A DNA stretch of 53,164 bases from Beijerinckiaceae bacterium (GTDB lineage Bacteria; Pseudomonadota; Alphaproteobacteria; Rhizobiales; Beijerinckiaceae). The position numbers and the translations under genes are program-made. The notes below the pieces were generated by a model. That model was given only the letters and a program-made list of their open reading frames with translations. It made no database searches and was not told the DNA's origin. Positions 9,207-18,378 of this stretch are shown one piece after another. The stretch spans positions 1 through 53,164 of the forward strand of contig CANJEY010000001.1 of NCBI GenBank assembly GCA_947472615.1. The letters run 5' to 3'. How positions within the stretch are numbered: position 1 is the first letter of the stretch; each line of letters starts with the position of its first letter.

Positions 9207-10042
9207 CAGCGGCCCCCCTTTGGTCGGACGGCCCATGCGCTCACTGTCACGATCAGGATCGACAGCACGAGCAGAACCGTTGCGGTCGTCGACCCGAGCC
9301 GTTCGTCGCGCATGAGCAGAAAGGCGCGGCCCGTCAGGGTAGCGAGCGTCTGAAAACGATCGCCGATTAGCAGGCTTGGAATCACATACATGGAGGCTGC
9401 AAGCGAAAAGACGATTGATGTGCCGCTAAACAGCCCCGGCGTCGCCAGCGGCAATGCGATTCTGAAAAATCTTTGGGCGGGCGAGGCGCCAAGCGTGGCG
9501 GCGGCGTCCTGCAAGTTGGGGTTGATGAGCTTTAACACTGAATAGATCGGCAGGATCATGAACGGCAGAAACACGTTGGCAGCGCCGAGCACCAATCCTG
9601 TTTCGGTGAACAGAAGCAGTTGGGGCTCATCCCAAACGCCAGTTGCGACCAGAAACGCGGCTACGATGCCATCACGGCGCAGGACGATCTGCCACGCGAA
9701 CGTCTTGACCACGACTCCGACCGATAGGGGAAGGATGATGGCGACTAACAACAATGCCTGCACCGCGCCCTTCGAGCGCGCCAGCGCCACTGCCGTCGGG
9801 TAACCTATCAGCAGACAGACAAGCGACGTGAAGAATGCAATTCGCAAGGTATTGCCGATGACGCGCCAGTTGAAGGCGTCGCCGAGAAAGGACGTGTAGG
9901 CTTCGATGGTGGGTCCAGAAGAGCCACTGAAGCTGCGGATGACCAGAACCGACATCGGCAGGGCGAATACGACGAGCATGTAAAGGATGGCAGGCGCCGC
10001 AAGCAGCGCGACCGGATCGACGCGTGAGGACGATGCATTCAT
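9206..10042 (-). CDS. ABC transporter permease (PotB-like)
   Basis: LLIGYP.A, VVKTFAW, DAAATLGAS loop; ATGA overlap with the ATPase stop. Confidence 0.9.
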   Translation of the reverse strand: MNASSSRVDPVALLAAPAILYMLVVFALPMSVLVIRSFSGSSGPTIEAYTSFLGDAFNWRVIGNTLRIAFFTSLVCLLIGYPTAVALARSKGAVQALLLVAIILPLSVGVVVKTFAWQIVLRRDGIVAAFLVATGVWDEPQLLLFTETGLVLGAANVFLPFMILPIYSVLKLINPNLQDAAATLGASPAQRFFRIALPLATPGLFSGTSIVFSLAASMYVIPSLLIGDRFQTLATLTGRAFLLMRDERLGSTTATVLLVLSILIVTVSAWAVRPKGGR

Positions 10043-11124
10043 GCCGAGCGCTCGGGCGGGAACGACAGGCCGTCCCCGAAGCGCCACGTCAGCGTCGCCG
10101 TCGCGCCCGGACGCAGATCGCGCGGAAGCTGACTTGCTTCGACCAAAATAGGCGTGTCGCCGTTTCCGATGAAATGGAGGTGGCTTTTCGACCCCTGAAA
10201 GACGATTTCGGTAAGCGTGGCCTGGATCATATTCGAGTCGGGCTCGGGCGATGCGTCGTTGACGCGGATATACTCCGGCCGCACGGCCACTGTGACCGTC
10301 GAGCCGCTGACAAAATTGCCTGGCGCCTTGAGGAGTCCGAGCGGCGTTTCCACCTCGACAAGACCATTCTGGCTTGTCAGCACGTGGCCCTCGATGCGAG
10401 CTGCATGGCCGACGAATCCCAAAACAAAAAGGCTTTGGGGCCTCAGATAGACATCGGCAGGCGCAGCGAATTGTTCGATCTCGCCGCGATTCATGACCGC
10501 GATCCGGTCGGACATGACCAGGGCCTCCTCCTGATCGTGCGTCACCAGAACCGTGGTGATTCCGACCTCGCGCAAAATGCGTTTGAGGTCGATCTGCATG
10601 CCTTCACGCAGTTTGCGGTCCAGAGCCGAGAATGGCTCATCGAGCAGCAGAAGTTTCGGGGCGACTGCGAGCGCGCGCGCAACGGCGACTCGCTGCTGCT
10701 GCCCGCCCGACAATCCGCGCACTGGTTGGCTCGCCTTTTCACCCAGATGAACGAGATCGAGAAAGCGTTCGACCGTCTTGCCGATCTGTTCAGGTGCAAA
10801 TTTTTGCACCCTCAACCCGAAGGCGACGTTTTCGGCGACGGTCAAATGAGGGAAAAGCGCATAGTTTTGGAAGACCACGCCAACATTACGCTTGTGCGTC
10901 GGAACGTTGGTGATCTCGGCTCCGTCGAGCCGAACGGAGCCGCGATCCGCCGCCATGAGCCCGGCGACGATGCGGAGGAGAGTCGTCTTACCGCAGCCGG
11001 ACGGACCAAGCAGCGAAACGAATTCGCCGCGCGCAACGGAGAAATCGATGCCGCCCAAGACACGATTTGCGCCGAATGTCTTTTCCGCGCCGCTGACATC
11101 AAGCAGCGCGTGGGTCGAAGCCAT
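10039..11124 (-). CDS. ABC transporter ATP-binding protein (PotA-like)
   Basis: Walker A GPSGCGKT, LSGGQQQR, LLLDEP, VTHDQEEA, TOBE-like C-terminus. Confidence 0.95.
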   Translation of the reverse strand: MASTHALLDVSGAEKTFGANRVLGGIDFSVARGEFVSLLGPSGCGKTTLLRIVAGLMAADRGSVRLDGAEITNVPTHKRNVGVVFQNYALFPHLTVAENVAFGLRVQKFAPEQIGKTVERFLDLVHLGEKASQPVRGLSGGQQQRVAVARALAVAPKLLLLDEPFSALDRKLREGMQIDLKRILREVGITTVLVTHDQEEALVMSDRIAVMNRGEIEQFAAPADVYLRPQSLFVLGFVGHAARIEGHVLTSQNGLVEVETPLGLLKAPGNFVSGSTVTVAVRPEYIRVNDASPEPDSNMIQATLTEIVFQGSKSHLHFIGNGDTPILVEASQLPRDLRPGATATLTWRFGDGLSFPPERSA

Positions 11125-11193
11125 CGCGAGCGTCCATGCTGACTTGCGGACTTGTCGAGCGAAGCGAGTCTCCTAGACCAGCCTCGCAATTGA

Positions 11194-12240
11194 TCAGAGC
11201 GAAAGCTCGCGGTCCCAGCGCGCGACCCACGCGGCGCGATTTTCCGACACGTTCGCCCAATCGACCGGATGGACCGTGAGGCTCGCAAGACCCGCAGGCG
11301 CAGGAACGGTCGCGTTCGTCGGCAGCGCGAACGTCGCTGCGGAAACCTTGGCCTGAATTTCCGGGCTCAGCAGCATGTCCAGATACGCGGCGGCGAGTTC
11401 GGGCATGGGACCGCCTTTCACAAGCGCGATGCCGGACGGCATCGAGAACGTACCTTCTTTCGGCGCCGCCAGTTCTATCGGCGCGCCCGCGGCCTTGCGC
11501 GCGAGCGCAATCGTCGAGATCGCGCCGCACACCATGTAGGCCTCGCCCTGTTCCAGAAGATTGTAGGCCTGACCTTCCTGCGTATAAGACATCAGCACGT
11601 TCGGCTTCATGTCCTTCATTTTGGCGAAGGCGGAATCCATGTCCTTCTGCGCTTCGCTCATGGACTTTCCGGTCTTCAGGAACGACGCCATGAACAGGTT
11701 CATCACGCCTTCGGTGTTCTGCAATGAGGGCAGGATGACGCGACTTTTGTATTTCGCGTCATAGACGTCGCTCCAGCTCGTCGGAGGCTGCATCTTGTCG
11801 GTGTTGTACGCGATGCCAACCCACGGCTGAAGATAATTGACCCACATGCTGTCCATGTGGGTGAGGCCGGGTTTCAGCGACGCCGAGTTCGGGACCTTCG
11901 CAGCGGTGATCGGGTCCAGAAGACCTTCGCGAACGGCTAGAATCATCACCGGATCGTCCATCTGGACGACGGAGAGATATTGCTGCCCCTTGTTCTTCTG
12001 TAGCTTTTCGAGGTTCACCAGTGAACGCGTGCCTTCGAACACGACTTTCACGTTGTGCTTCTTCTCGAACGCCGGGATCATGATATTTTCCGACCATGAT
12101 TGCTGACTCGAGGCGGCGCCGACGACAAGTTCACGAGTCTGGGCTCGAATGATTGACGGAGCCGAAATCACCGCTCCAGACAGGGCCGCCGCCCCGGTCA
12201 GGAATGTTCGGCGATCAACGAGAGATTTCATCTTGTCCAT
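11194..12240 (-). CDS. ABC substrate-binding protein (PotD/AfuA-like), Tat signal
   Basis: DRRTFL twin-arginine leader, IAYNTDK, PTSWSD, APKEG. The long N-terminal extension in the ORF track is promoter DNA. Confidence 0.9.
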   Translation of the reverse strand: MDKMKSLVDRRTFLTGAAALSGAVISAPSIIRAQTRELVVGAASSQQSWSENIMIPAFEKKHNVKVVFEGTRSLVNLEKLQKNKGQQYLSVVQMDDPVMILAVREGLLDPITAAKVPNSASLKPGLTHMDSMWVNYLQPWVGIAYNTDKMQPPTSWSDVYDAKYKSRVILPSLQNTEGVMNLFMASFLKTGKSMSEAQKDMDSAFAKMKDMKPNVLMSYTQEGQAYNLLEQGEAYMVCGAISTIALARKAAGAPIELAAPKEGTFSMPSGIALVKGGPMPELAAAYLDMLLSPEIQAKVSAATFALPTNATVPAPAGLASLTVHPVDWANVSENRAAWVARWDRELSL

Positions 12241-12264
12241 TTGCGCCCCCGGCATTTGACGATT

Positions 12265-12280
12265 GCAAAACTGCGATGTG
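12265..12280. repeat. Intergenic motif GCAAAACTGCRATGTG, copy 1
   Basis: 15/16 identical to 12487-12502; the 13-mer 12264-12276 is the exact reverse complement of 43623-43635. Confidence 0.7.
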
Positions 12281-12296
12281 AACTGCAATAAAAACA

Positions 12297-12311
12297 GCAA
12301 TTCGTATGCCA
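12297..12311 (-). promoter_or_regulatory. Sigma-54 (-24/-12) promoter
   Basis: Minus strand reads TGGCAT-ACGAA-TTGC, near consensus, 56 nt upstream of the SBP start. Confidence 0.8.
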
Positions 12312-12472
12312 TGCTTCGAAGGGCTGCGATGGCGTCTGCGTGCGTCGCTTCACGAAGGCGTGAAATGTCACCCATGCCCGCCAATAGAATCAGCGAACGG
12401 CGACATGGAATGACACTGGGGCGCAGCGATTGCCCAACATGAAGGAGGTAGTTTGTGTGACCAAAAATGCAT

Positions 12473-12489
12473 TGCGCGATATTTAGGCA
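12473..12489. promoter_or_regulatory. NtrC-like enhancer box candidate
   Basis: TGCGCGATATTTAGGCA (TGC-N11-GCA), about 160 nt upstream of the sigma-54 site. Confidence 0.45.
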
Positions 12490-12502
12490 AAACTGCAATG
12501 TG
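12487..12502. repeat. Intergenic motif GCAAAACTGCRATGTG, copy 2
   Basis: GCAAAACTGCAATGTG, a direct repeat of 12265-12280, 222 nt away. Confidence 0.7.
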
Positions 12503-12625
12503 GTAGGCCGCTTCGGAAGCGGAAGTGCCTTCCGAATGAGCGCCGAACTTTGAAACGTCGGCGCTCGATGCTGGTTGGGCATCAGACCTGGCTTGCTCGC
12601 GTTAATCGGGTGCCGTGGGCCAGCG

Positions 12626-13486
12626 TCATGCGACCGCCGCGTAGATCTCCGCGGGCGTCGTCAACCATACATCCGCTTTGTGATCGGCAATGTGTTGCAA
12701 TGCGTGCGAAAGAGCGCGCCGCCTGAAGGGTTGTCCGGAGATGAAGCTGTGTAAAACGATGCTCATCACCAACGGCCTGTCGTTTGAGGCTTCGAGCATT
12801 TCATCGAATTCATCGACGATCATGTCCGCAAAGTCGCGCGCCCCGGCATAACGTCCCACTTGCGTGGTGCTATCGTTGATTTCCGACGAGTAGGGAATCG
12901 ACATCAGCCGGCCATTGGCGGTCTCGAGCCAGACCGGCTGATCGTCGAATCGGAAATCGAGAATGTAGCGGCAGCGTTCTTCAACAAGCACTTCCATGGT
13001 CGAGGGACTATGCGCGAGCCACGGTGTCGACCAGCCCTGTGAGGGTCGCCCTTCGTGGCGCCCTACAGCCGCGAAAACGTCGCGGATGTAGGTGCGTTCC
13101 AAGGCCGGGTCCATGCTGGTTAGCGTGTCCGAGTTTCGCTTTCCGTGCGCGACGATTTCCGACCCATGGAACCGCGCATGCGCCAGCAAGTCCGGGGCTA
13201 ACGCGTAGAGATCGGTGTTCAGCAGGATCGTTGGTGGAATGCCGAAATGCTTGAGACGCTCGATCAGCCGGAGGCCGCCAACCCGATTGCCGTATTCACG
13301 CCAAGCGACATTTGCAAAATCCGGATGCTGTCCCTTTGGCAGTATGTCTTCCGTACAACCGACTCCGAATTCGTAGCATTCGAGCCCAAGCGCCACATAG
13401 ATTGCGAGCCGCTTGCCGTTCGGCCAGGTCTGGACCGTTGACATCGCCGGGCTGATATTGAAGGGCCGGCAGGCGCGATCCGTCAT
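12626..13486 (-). CDS. Polysaccharide deacetylase-fold (PuuE-related) hydrolase
   Basis: WPNGKRLA.YVA, WREYGNRVG, VAHG, PYS.EIND and VLHSFISGQPFR; ATGA overlap with the amidohydrolase stop fixes the start. Confidence 0.85.
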   Translation of the reverse strand: MTDRACRPFNISPAMSTVQTWPNGKRLAIYVALGLECYEFGVGCTEDILPKGQHPDFANVAWREYGNRVGGLRLIERLKHFGIPPTILLNTDLYALAPDLLAHARFHGSEIVAHGKRNSDTLTSMDPALERTYIRDVFAAVGRHEGRPSQGWSTPWLAHSPSTMEVLVEERCRYILDFRFDDQPVWLETANGRLMSIPYSSEINDSTTQVGRYAGARDFADMIVDEFDEMLEASNDRPLVMSIVLHSFISGQPFRRRALSHALQHIADHKADVWLTTPAEIYAAVA

Positions 13487-15000
13487 GTCGATTGTTCCAC
13501 CCACCGGTTCATGCCGACATCCTGCGAGGCTGCCTTGTCGTACATCGCCCGATAAGCGGGCCGATAGCGCTCCATCGCAGCCGCCGCTTTCGCCAAAGCC
13601 GGCGCCTTCGCGGCGAAAAGTGCGCGTGCTTCCGCCAAAATAGCGCTCCGATCCACACGGGTGGTGTTGCCGGCATCGACGACAATATCTCCGCCGACGA
13701 TGACCGTATCGACTGATGAGCCAGTCTCGCAATAGACGAGTTGACGTTGAAGATCGTTCAACGGCGTGAAAGCCATTACGTCGAGATCGAGGAGGATGAG
13801 GTCAGCCAATTCGCCCTGCGCGATCTCGCCGCCAGCGCTTCCGAGCCCCATGGCGCGCGCGCCGCCGGCCGTCGCGCATTCCAGAATTTCACGGGCTTTC
13901 GGCCAATTGTCGAAATTCGGATCCGTGATGTTGTGGATGAGCCCTGTGGTCTTCATCACATCCCACATGTCGATGGCGTCGCCCGCGATTGCCTCGTCCA
14001 CGCCGAGACAAATCGGGATTCCACGATCGCGCATCCTGCGGAACGGCATGATTCCGCTACCGAGCCTCAGGTTGCTGACGGGATTGTGCGCTATGGTGGC
14101 GCCCGACTTCGCCAAAAGGTCAAGATCGGAGTCATCAACCCAGATGGCATGAATCACATTCATGCGTTCGCTCAGCAGGCCGAGATCGTGCGTATAGCGG
14201 ACGAGCGAACGCCCGCCCAATCTTTCCGCGCCAAACACCCGTTGCAATTTCGTTTCCAGCATATGGGCATAAAATGGCAGATCGTGTTTCCGGCTCAGTC
14301 TGTCGAGCGCCCTGAAATATTCAGGAGACACGCGTTGAGGAGCCGAACATGAGACCGCTGCGCGAACGCGGCCATTCGCAGCGCGATGCCAGCGCGAAAT
14401 CAGGTGGTCGTATTGTTCCAGTAATTTCGGAGCGTCGAAAATCGGCCGTAACCGAAGCTCCGCGGCCAGATCGTCAGACGCGAGTTCGTCAAGAAATGGG
14501 AGTTTCTCGACTTCGGACAATTCCGGCTGGTCCAGCGCAATGGTGGCGCGGATGCCGACGTCCGCGTAGGCCTGCCCCACCGCATCAATGATTTCGGGCG
14601 ACGGATATGGGACGAAGAACACGTCGTCCTGAACGGCGGTGACGCCGCTTTCGAGCATTTCGATCGCACCCAGCATGGTGCGCAGATAGGCTTCTCGCGG
14701 AGAGGGCGCCAGTTCATCAAGCGCCGGTGATTCGTAAAGCATGAATATTTCGAGAGGCATGCCGTCGAGCCTGCCCTTCATGTGATTGACGGATGAGTGA
14801 AAGTGCGCGTTGATCAGCCCCGGCATGACGAGCCGGTTCCGCCCATCGATCCGCCGCACATCGGAGGCGGCGATGCCCACGCCCACGGCCGAAATCAATC
14901 CATTTTCGATCAGGATGTCGCGGGGTGCACAGGGCTTCTGAGTGTCAAACAATTCGAGGATTTGTACATTTTCGATCAGCAGCGGTTGCATTGGGCTCAT
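13483..15000 (-). CDS. Metal-dependent amidohydrolase (AtzA/MTA-SAH/nucleobase deaminase family)
   Basis: MPGLINAHFH, AHMLET, IHAIW, HNPVSNLRLGSG, GVDE, ATAGGARA and G..ADLI motifs. Confidence 0.9.
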   Translation of the reverse strand: MSPMQPLLIENVQILELFDTQKPCAPRDILIENGLISAVGVGIAASDVRRIDGRNRLVMPGLINAHFHSSVNHMKGRLDGMPLEIFMLYESPALDELAPSPREAYLRTMLGAIEMLESGVTAVQDDVFFVPYPSPEIIDAVGQAYADVGIRATIALDQPELSEVEKLPFLDELASDDLAAELRLRPIFDAPKLLEQYDHLISRWHRAANGRVRAAVSCSAPQRVSPEYFRALDRLSRKHDLPFYAHMLETKLQRVFGAERLGGRSLVRYTHDLGLLSERMNVIHAIWVDDSDLDLLAKSGATIAHNPVSNLRLGSGIMPFRRMRDRGIPICLGVDEAIAGDAIDMWDVMKTTGLIHNITDPNFDNWPKAREILECATAGGARAMGLGSAGGEIAQGELADLILLDLDVMAFTPLNDLQRQLVYCETGSSVDTVIVGGDIVVDAGNTTRVDRSAILAEARALFAAKAPALAKAAAAMERYRPAYRAMYDKAASQDVGMNRWVEQST

Positions 15001-15287
15001 TGGCCGACGCTCCGCAACGTGCGCTGAGCTTCGGACCACGAGCGCGATCCGGCCCGGTTCTTAAGTACGTCAGGCGCGGGGCTCCCCGCGACCCTCCCCG
15101 GCGCATGGCTCGCCAGAAGGTCCACAGCGGATTGACTCGCGATCACGTTTGCGGCGCCAAATGATCCCATGCCGCCGTTGAGCACAAGGCCGTCTGGAAC
15201 AAAGGCCGTGCAGGCTGCGCTGAATCGAGAGGGCGCAACTGAACGCATGTTCGGATTGAGGACCAGGATCTGGCGCACTGCAGACAT
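14997..15287 (-). pseudogene. Internally deleted hydantoin/allantoin racemase-like remnant
   Basis: Begins ILVLNPN...G.FGA...S...D.LA.H like hydantoin racemases, but is only 96 aa and lacks the catalytic Cys motifs; keeps ATGA coupling to the next gene. Confidence 0.55.
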
Positions 15288-15335
15288 GTCGATAAATATG
15301 CGGATTATTTTCTACAATAAAAGGACAAAGGATGA

Positions 15336-15350
15336 GCAATCCCTTCTCCA
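15336..15350 (-). promoter_or_regulatory. Sigma-54 promoter candidate
   Basis: Minus strand reads TGGAGA-AGGGA-TTGC with correct spacing, 48 nt upstream of 15287. Confidence 0.55.
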
Positions 15351-15486
15351 TTTTGCCGATCGGATGGGCGCTTTGCTTCGAGAGTCGGCTATTTTGGCGC
15401 TGCAGGCGCGTGAAGTCTACGTCCTCCTCTCGGCGAATGAGGGCGGCCTATTGTCGCCAATAGCTCAAACTATTATCGCGTTCCGT

Positions 15487-15579
15487 ATGAGTGAAACGAG
15501 CGAGCGTCCCGTCGAGGCTGTGATTTTCGCCAATATCCGCGATGCAATCAGCGCTCAATAGCTTCCGCGCGGGACGCGC
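15487..15579 (+). pseudogene. GntR-family regulator N-terminal remnant
   Basis: MSETSERPVEAVIFANIRDAISAQ*LPRGTR resembles GntR helix 1 plus the LxPGxR turn, with an in-frame TAG at 15559; similarity ends there. Confidence 0.5.
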
Positions 15580-15593
15580 CGTTTCAAAAAATT

Positions 15594-15608
15594 GGGAATG
15601 GAACTTGC
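15594..15608 (+). promoter_or_regulatory. Weak sigma-54 promoter candidate for glsA
   Basis: GGGAAT-GGAAC-TTGC: GG-N10-GC with a good -12 element and a degenerate -24 element. Confidence 0.35.
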
Positions 15609-15694
15609 TCGCGTGCAAAGGCGGATGGGCGATTGGCCAATTCTGTGCAAGACGTCATCCCGCAGCGCCCGGCCTTTCGCATGGCGGAGTTTGA

Positions 15695-16636
15695 ATGAGC
15701 CGCGTTGATAACAACCTATCCTCCATCGTCGAGGAGATCGCCGACGAAATGAAGTCCCGGCCCGATCGAGGCGACGTCGCGACCTATATTCCCGAACTGG
15801 CGAACGTCGATCCGGACTGTTTCGGCCTGACGGTGATCGATGCCCATGGCGAGGTGTTTTCTGGCGGCGACAGCGACATGGCGTTTTCCATTCAAAGCAT
15901 TTCCAAGGTCTTCACGCTGACTCTGGCCCTAGGCATTGTCGGCGATCGGCTGTGGCGGCGCGTCGGCCGCGAGCCATCGGGCAATCCGTTCAATTCGATC
16001 GTGCAGCTCGAAATGGAGCGCGGCGTTCCACGCAACCCCTTCATCAATGCCGGAGCCATCGCGGTCACGGACGTCCTCGTCTCGGGCCATCAGCCACGCG
16101 AGGCCTTGGGGCAAATCGTTCGGTTCATGCAATTTCTGGCAGACGATGCTTCGATTGGCATCGATCACGCGGTGGCGGCGTCGGAGAAGCGGACCGGGTT
16201 CCGCAATACGGCGCTGGCCAATTACATGAAGTCCTTTGACGTGATCGAAAATCTGGTCGATTTCACGCTCGGCGTCTATTTTCACCATTGCGCTATCGCG
16301 ATGACATGCCGGCAACTCGCCATGGCCGGGCGCTATCTGGCGCACTCGGGCCGGAATCCCACCACTGGCCTCTCGGTGGTTTCGCCGGAGCGGGCGCGCC
16401 GCATCAACGCGTTGATGCTGACCTGCGGCCATTATGATGGTTCGGGCGAGTTCGCCTACCGGGTCGGCCTTCCGGGCAAGAGCGGCGTGGGCGGGGGCAT
16501 ATTCGCGATCGCGCCCGGCAAGGCGTCGATCGCCGTCTGGTCGCCGGGACTGGACAAGTCGGGCAACTCGCATCTCGGGCGCATCGCGCTCGAAAAGCTG
16601 ACGAAGCGCACGGGCTGGTCGATCTTCGGAGCCTGA
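15695..16636 (+). CDS. glsA: Glutaminase A
   Basis: VATYIPELA, catalytic FSIQSISK (SxxK), [46 protein letters not shown]. Confidence 0.97.
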   Translation: MSRVDNNLSSIVEEIADEMKSRPDRGDVATYIPELANVDPDCFGLTVIDAHGEVFSGGDSDMAFSIQSISKVFTLTLALGIVGDRLWRRVGREPSGNPFNSIVQLEMERGVPRNPFINAGAIAVTDVLVSGHQPREALGQIVRFMQFLADDASIGIDHAVAASEKRTGFRNTALANYMKSFDVIENLVDFTLGVYFHHCAIAMTCRQLAMAGRYLAHSGRNPTTGLSVVSPERARRINALMLTCGHYDGSGEFAYRVGLPGKSGVGGGIFAIAPGKASIAVWSPGLDKSGNSHLGRIALEKLTKRTGWSIFGA

Positions 16637-16706
16637 CGGCGGCGAACACGCGCCCTTGGCCGAATTGCTTCAGATTTGTCTGAATTGCCGCGAATGAGGC
16701 CTTCTC

Positions 16707-16723
16707 TGCATTGATTTTTTGCA
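16707..16723. promoter_or_regulatory. NtrC-like enhancer box
   Basis: TGCATTGATTTTTTGCA, a 17-nt TGCA-N9-TGCA, upstream of the glnII sigma-54 promoter. Confidence 0.55.
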
Positions 16724-16775
16724 CGCTGACTCTGTCGACTGACGAAGCGTAGCTGAAATGCCGGACTGGGAAGCG

Positions 16776-16790
16776 TGGCACACGTCATGC
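16776..16790 (+). promoter_or_regulatory. Sigma-54 promoter of glnII
   Basis: TGGCAC-ACGTC-ATGC; rhizobial glnII is known to be NtrC/sigma-54 dependent. Confidence 0.85.
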
Positions 16791-16862
16791 TTTTTCAAGT
16801 CGCTTCCGGCGTCCGCAAGAACTTGCGGATGCGTCTCGACCGTCCAAACTGAAAGGCCTCCC

Positions 16863-17897
16863 GTGACCAAATACAAACTCGAATATATCTGGCTCGACGG
16901 ATACGTTCCGGTTCCAAACCTCCGCGGCAAGACGCAGATCAAGGAATACGACGCCTTCCCGACGCTGGAGCAGCTCCCGCTGTGGGGCTTCGACGGAAGT
17001 TCGACCATGCAGGCCGAGGGCCGCAGCTCCGATTGCGTTCTCAAGCCCGTCGCGGTGTTTCCCGACAGCGAGCGCCTCAATGGCGTGCTCGTCCTGTGCG
17101 AAGTGATGATGCCCGATGGCAAGACGCCGCATCCGTCGAACAAGCGCGCGACCATTCTGGACGATTCGGGTACCTGGTTTGGCTTCGAACAGGAATATTT
17201 CCTCTACAAGAACGGCCGGCCGATCGGCTTCCCGGATTCCGGCTATCCCGCTCCGCAGGGCCCCTATTACACCGGCGTCGGATACAAGAACGTCGGCGAC
17301 GTCGCCCGCAAGATCGTCGAGGAACATCTCGATATTTGTCTCGCGGCAGGCATCAATCACGAAGGCATTAACGCCGAAGTCGCCAAGGGACAGTGGAAAT
17401 TCCAGATTTTCGGCAAGGGGTCCAAGAAAGCCGCCGATGAAATGTGGATGGCGCGCTATCTGCTGCAGCGGCTCACGGAGAAATACGGCATCGACGTCGA
17501 ATATCATTGCAAGCCGCTCGGCGACACCGACTGGAACGGCTCGGGCATGCACGCCAATTTCTCGACGGCCTACCTGCGTGAAACGGGCGGCAAGGAGTAT
17601 TTCGAGAATTTGATGGCGGCCTTTGAAGGTGCGCGTGAGGATCATATCGCCGTCTATGGCCCCGACAACCACATGCGACTGACCGGCAAACACGAGACGG
17701 CGTCAATCAACGAGTTCAGCTACGGCGTCGCGGATCGCGGCGCGTCGATCCGTGTTCCCCACAGTTTCGTGAACAATGGATACAAGGGCTACCTAGAAGA
17801 CCGCCGCCCCAATTCTCAGGGAGACCCCTACCAGATCGCGTCACAGATCCTGAAGACCGTCGCCTCGGTGCCGTTCGACAAGAAGGCGGCCGCTTGA
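16863..17897 (+). CDS. glnII: Glutamine synthetase type II (carries an E-to-K change in the GQWEFQ motif)
   Basis: GTG start MTKYKLEYIWLDG, WGFDGSST, FGFEQEY, PQGPYY, DWNGSGMHANFS, RLTGKHET, DRGASIR, YLEDRRP. Confidence 0.97.
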   Translation: MTKYKLEYIWLDGYVPVPNLRGKTQIKEYDAFPTLEQLPLWGFDGSSTMQAEGRSSDCVLKPVAVFPDSERLNGVLVLCEVMMPDGKTPHPSNKRATILDDSGTWFGFEQEYFLYKNGRPIGFPDSGYPAPQGPYYTGVGYKNVGDVARKIVEEHLDICLAAGINHEGINAEVAKGQWKFQIFGKGSKKAADEMWMARYLLQRLTEKYGIDVEYHCKPLGDTDWNGSGMHANFSTAYLRETGGKEYFENLMAAFEGAREDHIAVYGPDNHMRLTGKHETASINEFSYGVADRGASIRVPHSFVNNGYKGYLEDRRPNSQGDPYQIASQILKTVASVPFDKKAAA

Positions 17898-18033
17898 GAG
17901 AGGTCTTGGTGACCCGAAATTGAGCCGCGCCATCAGTTGGCGCGTCACGACCTCTTCACGTCGGCGCGGCCTTCCGTGCCGACGTGCGGCTCGTCCCGTT
18001 CGGACATATTTTGCCGCCGCGTGAGTATCGCGA

Positions 18034-18378
18034 TTGCCCGAAGCGAAACGAAAATATCGCACCAATCTGCCTTCGCCCGAAGACACGACCATTGATTGCA
18101 GGCCCATTCTGCTGACACCGGGATTCCTGTGTTTCGTCGGCCAATTGCTATTCGGCGAACGATGGCAGACGCCCATGGCGAAGTCTTTGGGCGATGCGCG
18201 GGGCCGCAAGATTGCTCCCGCCACGATTCATCAATGGACGACTGGCAAGCGCGCCATTCCTGTCTGGGTCAAGGAAGCGCTCGCCACGATCATCGAGCGC
18301 GGCCGGGCGGACCTTGACTGTCGTGCTACGATGGCGGGAGAGCTCGCAAGCCGAATCAGAAATATGCCTGTGGGGTGA
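18034..18378 (+). CDS. Small putative HTH DNA-binding protein (start uncertain)
   Basis: GQLLFGERWQTPMAKSLG...ATIHQWTTGKRAIP looks like a Cro/Xre-type helix-turn-helix; no clear RBS. Confidence 0.5.
   Translation: MPEAKRKYRTNLPSPEDTTIDCRPILLTPGFLCFVGQLLFGERWQTPMAKSLGDARGRKIAPATIHQWTTGKRAIPVWVKEALATIIERGRADLDCRATMAGELASRIRNMPVG

Noticed and set aside
10024-11142. 372-aa plus-strand ORF
   Set aside because: Typical antisense frame of an ABC ATPase gene.
12241-12582. N-terminal extension of the 462-aa SBP ORF
   Set aside because: Contains the sigma-54 promoter and repeats; the Tat leader begins near 12240.
15169-15561. 130-aa ORF as an intact gene
   Set aside because: Overlaps the racemase remnant and its promoter; only the last 24 codons look protein-like (GntR remnant).
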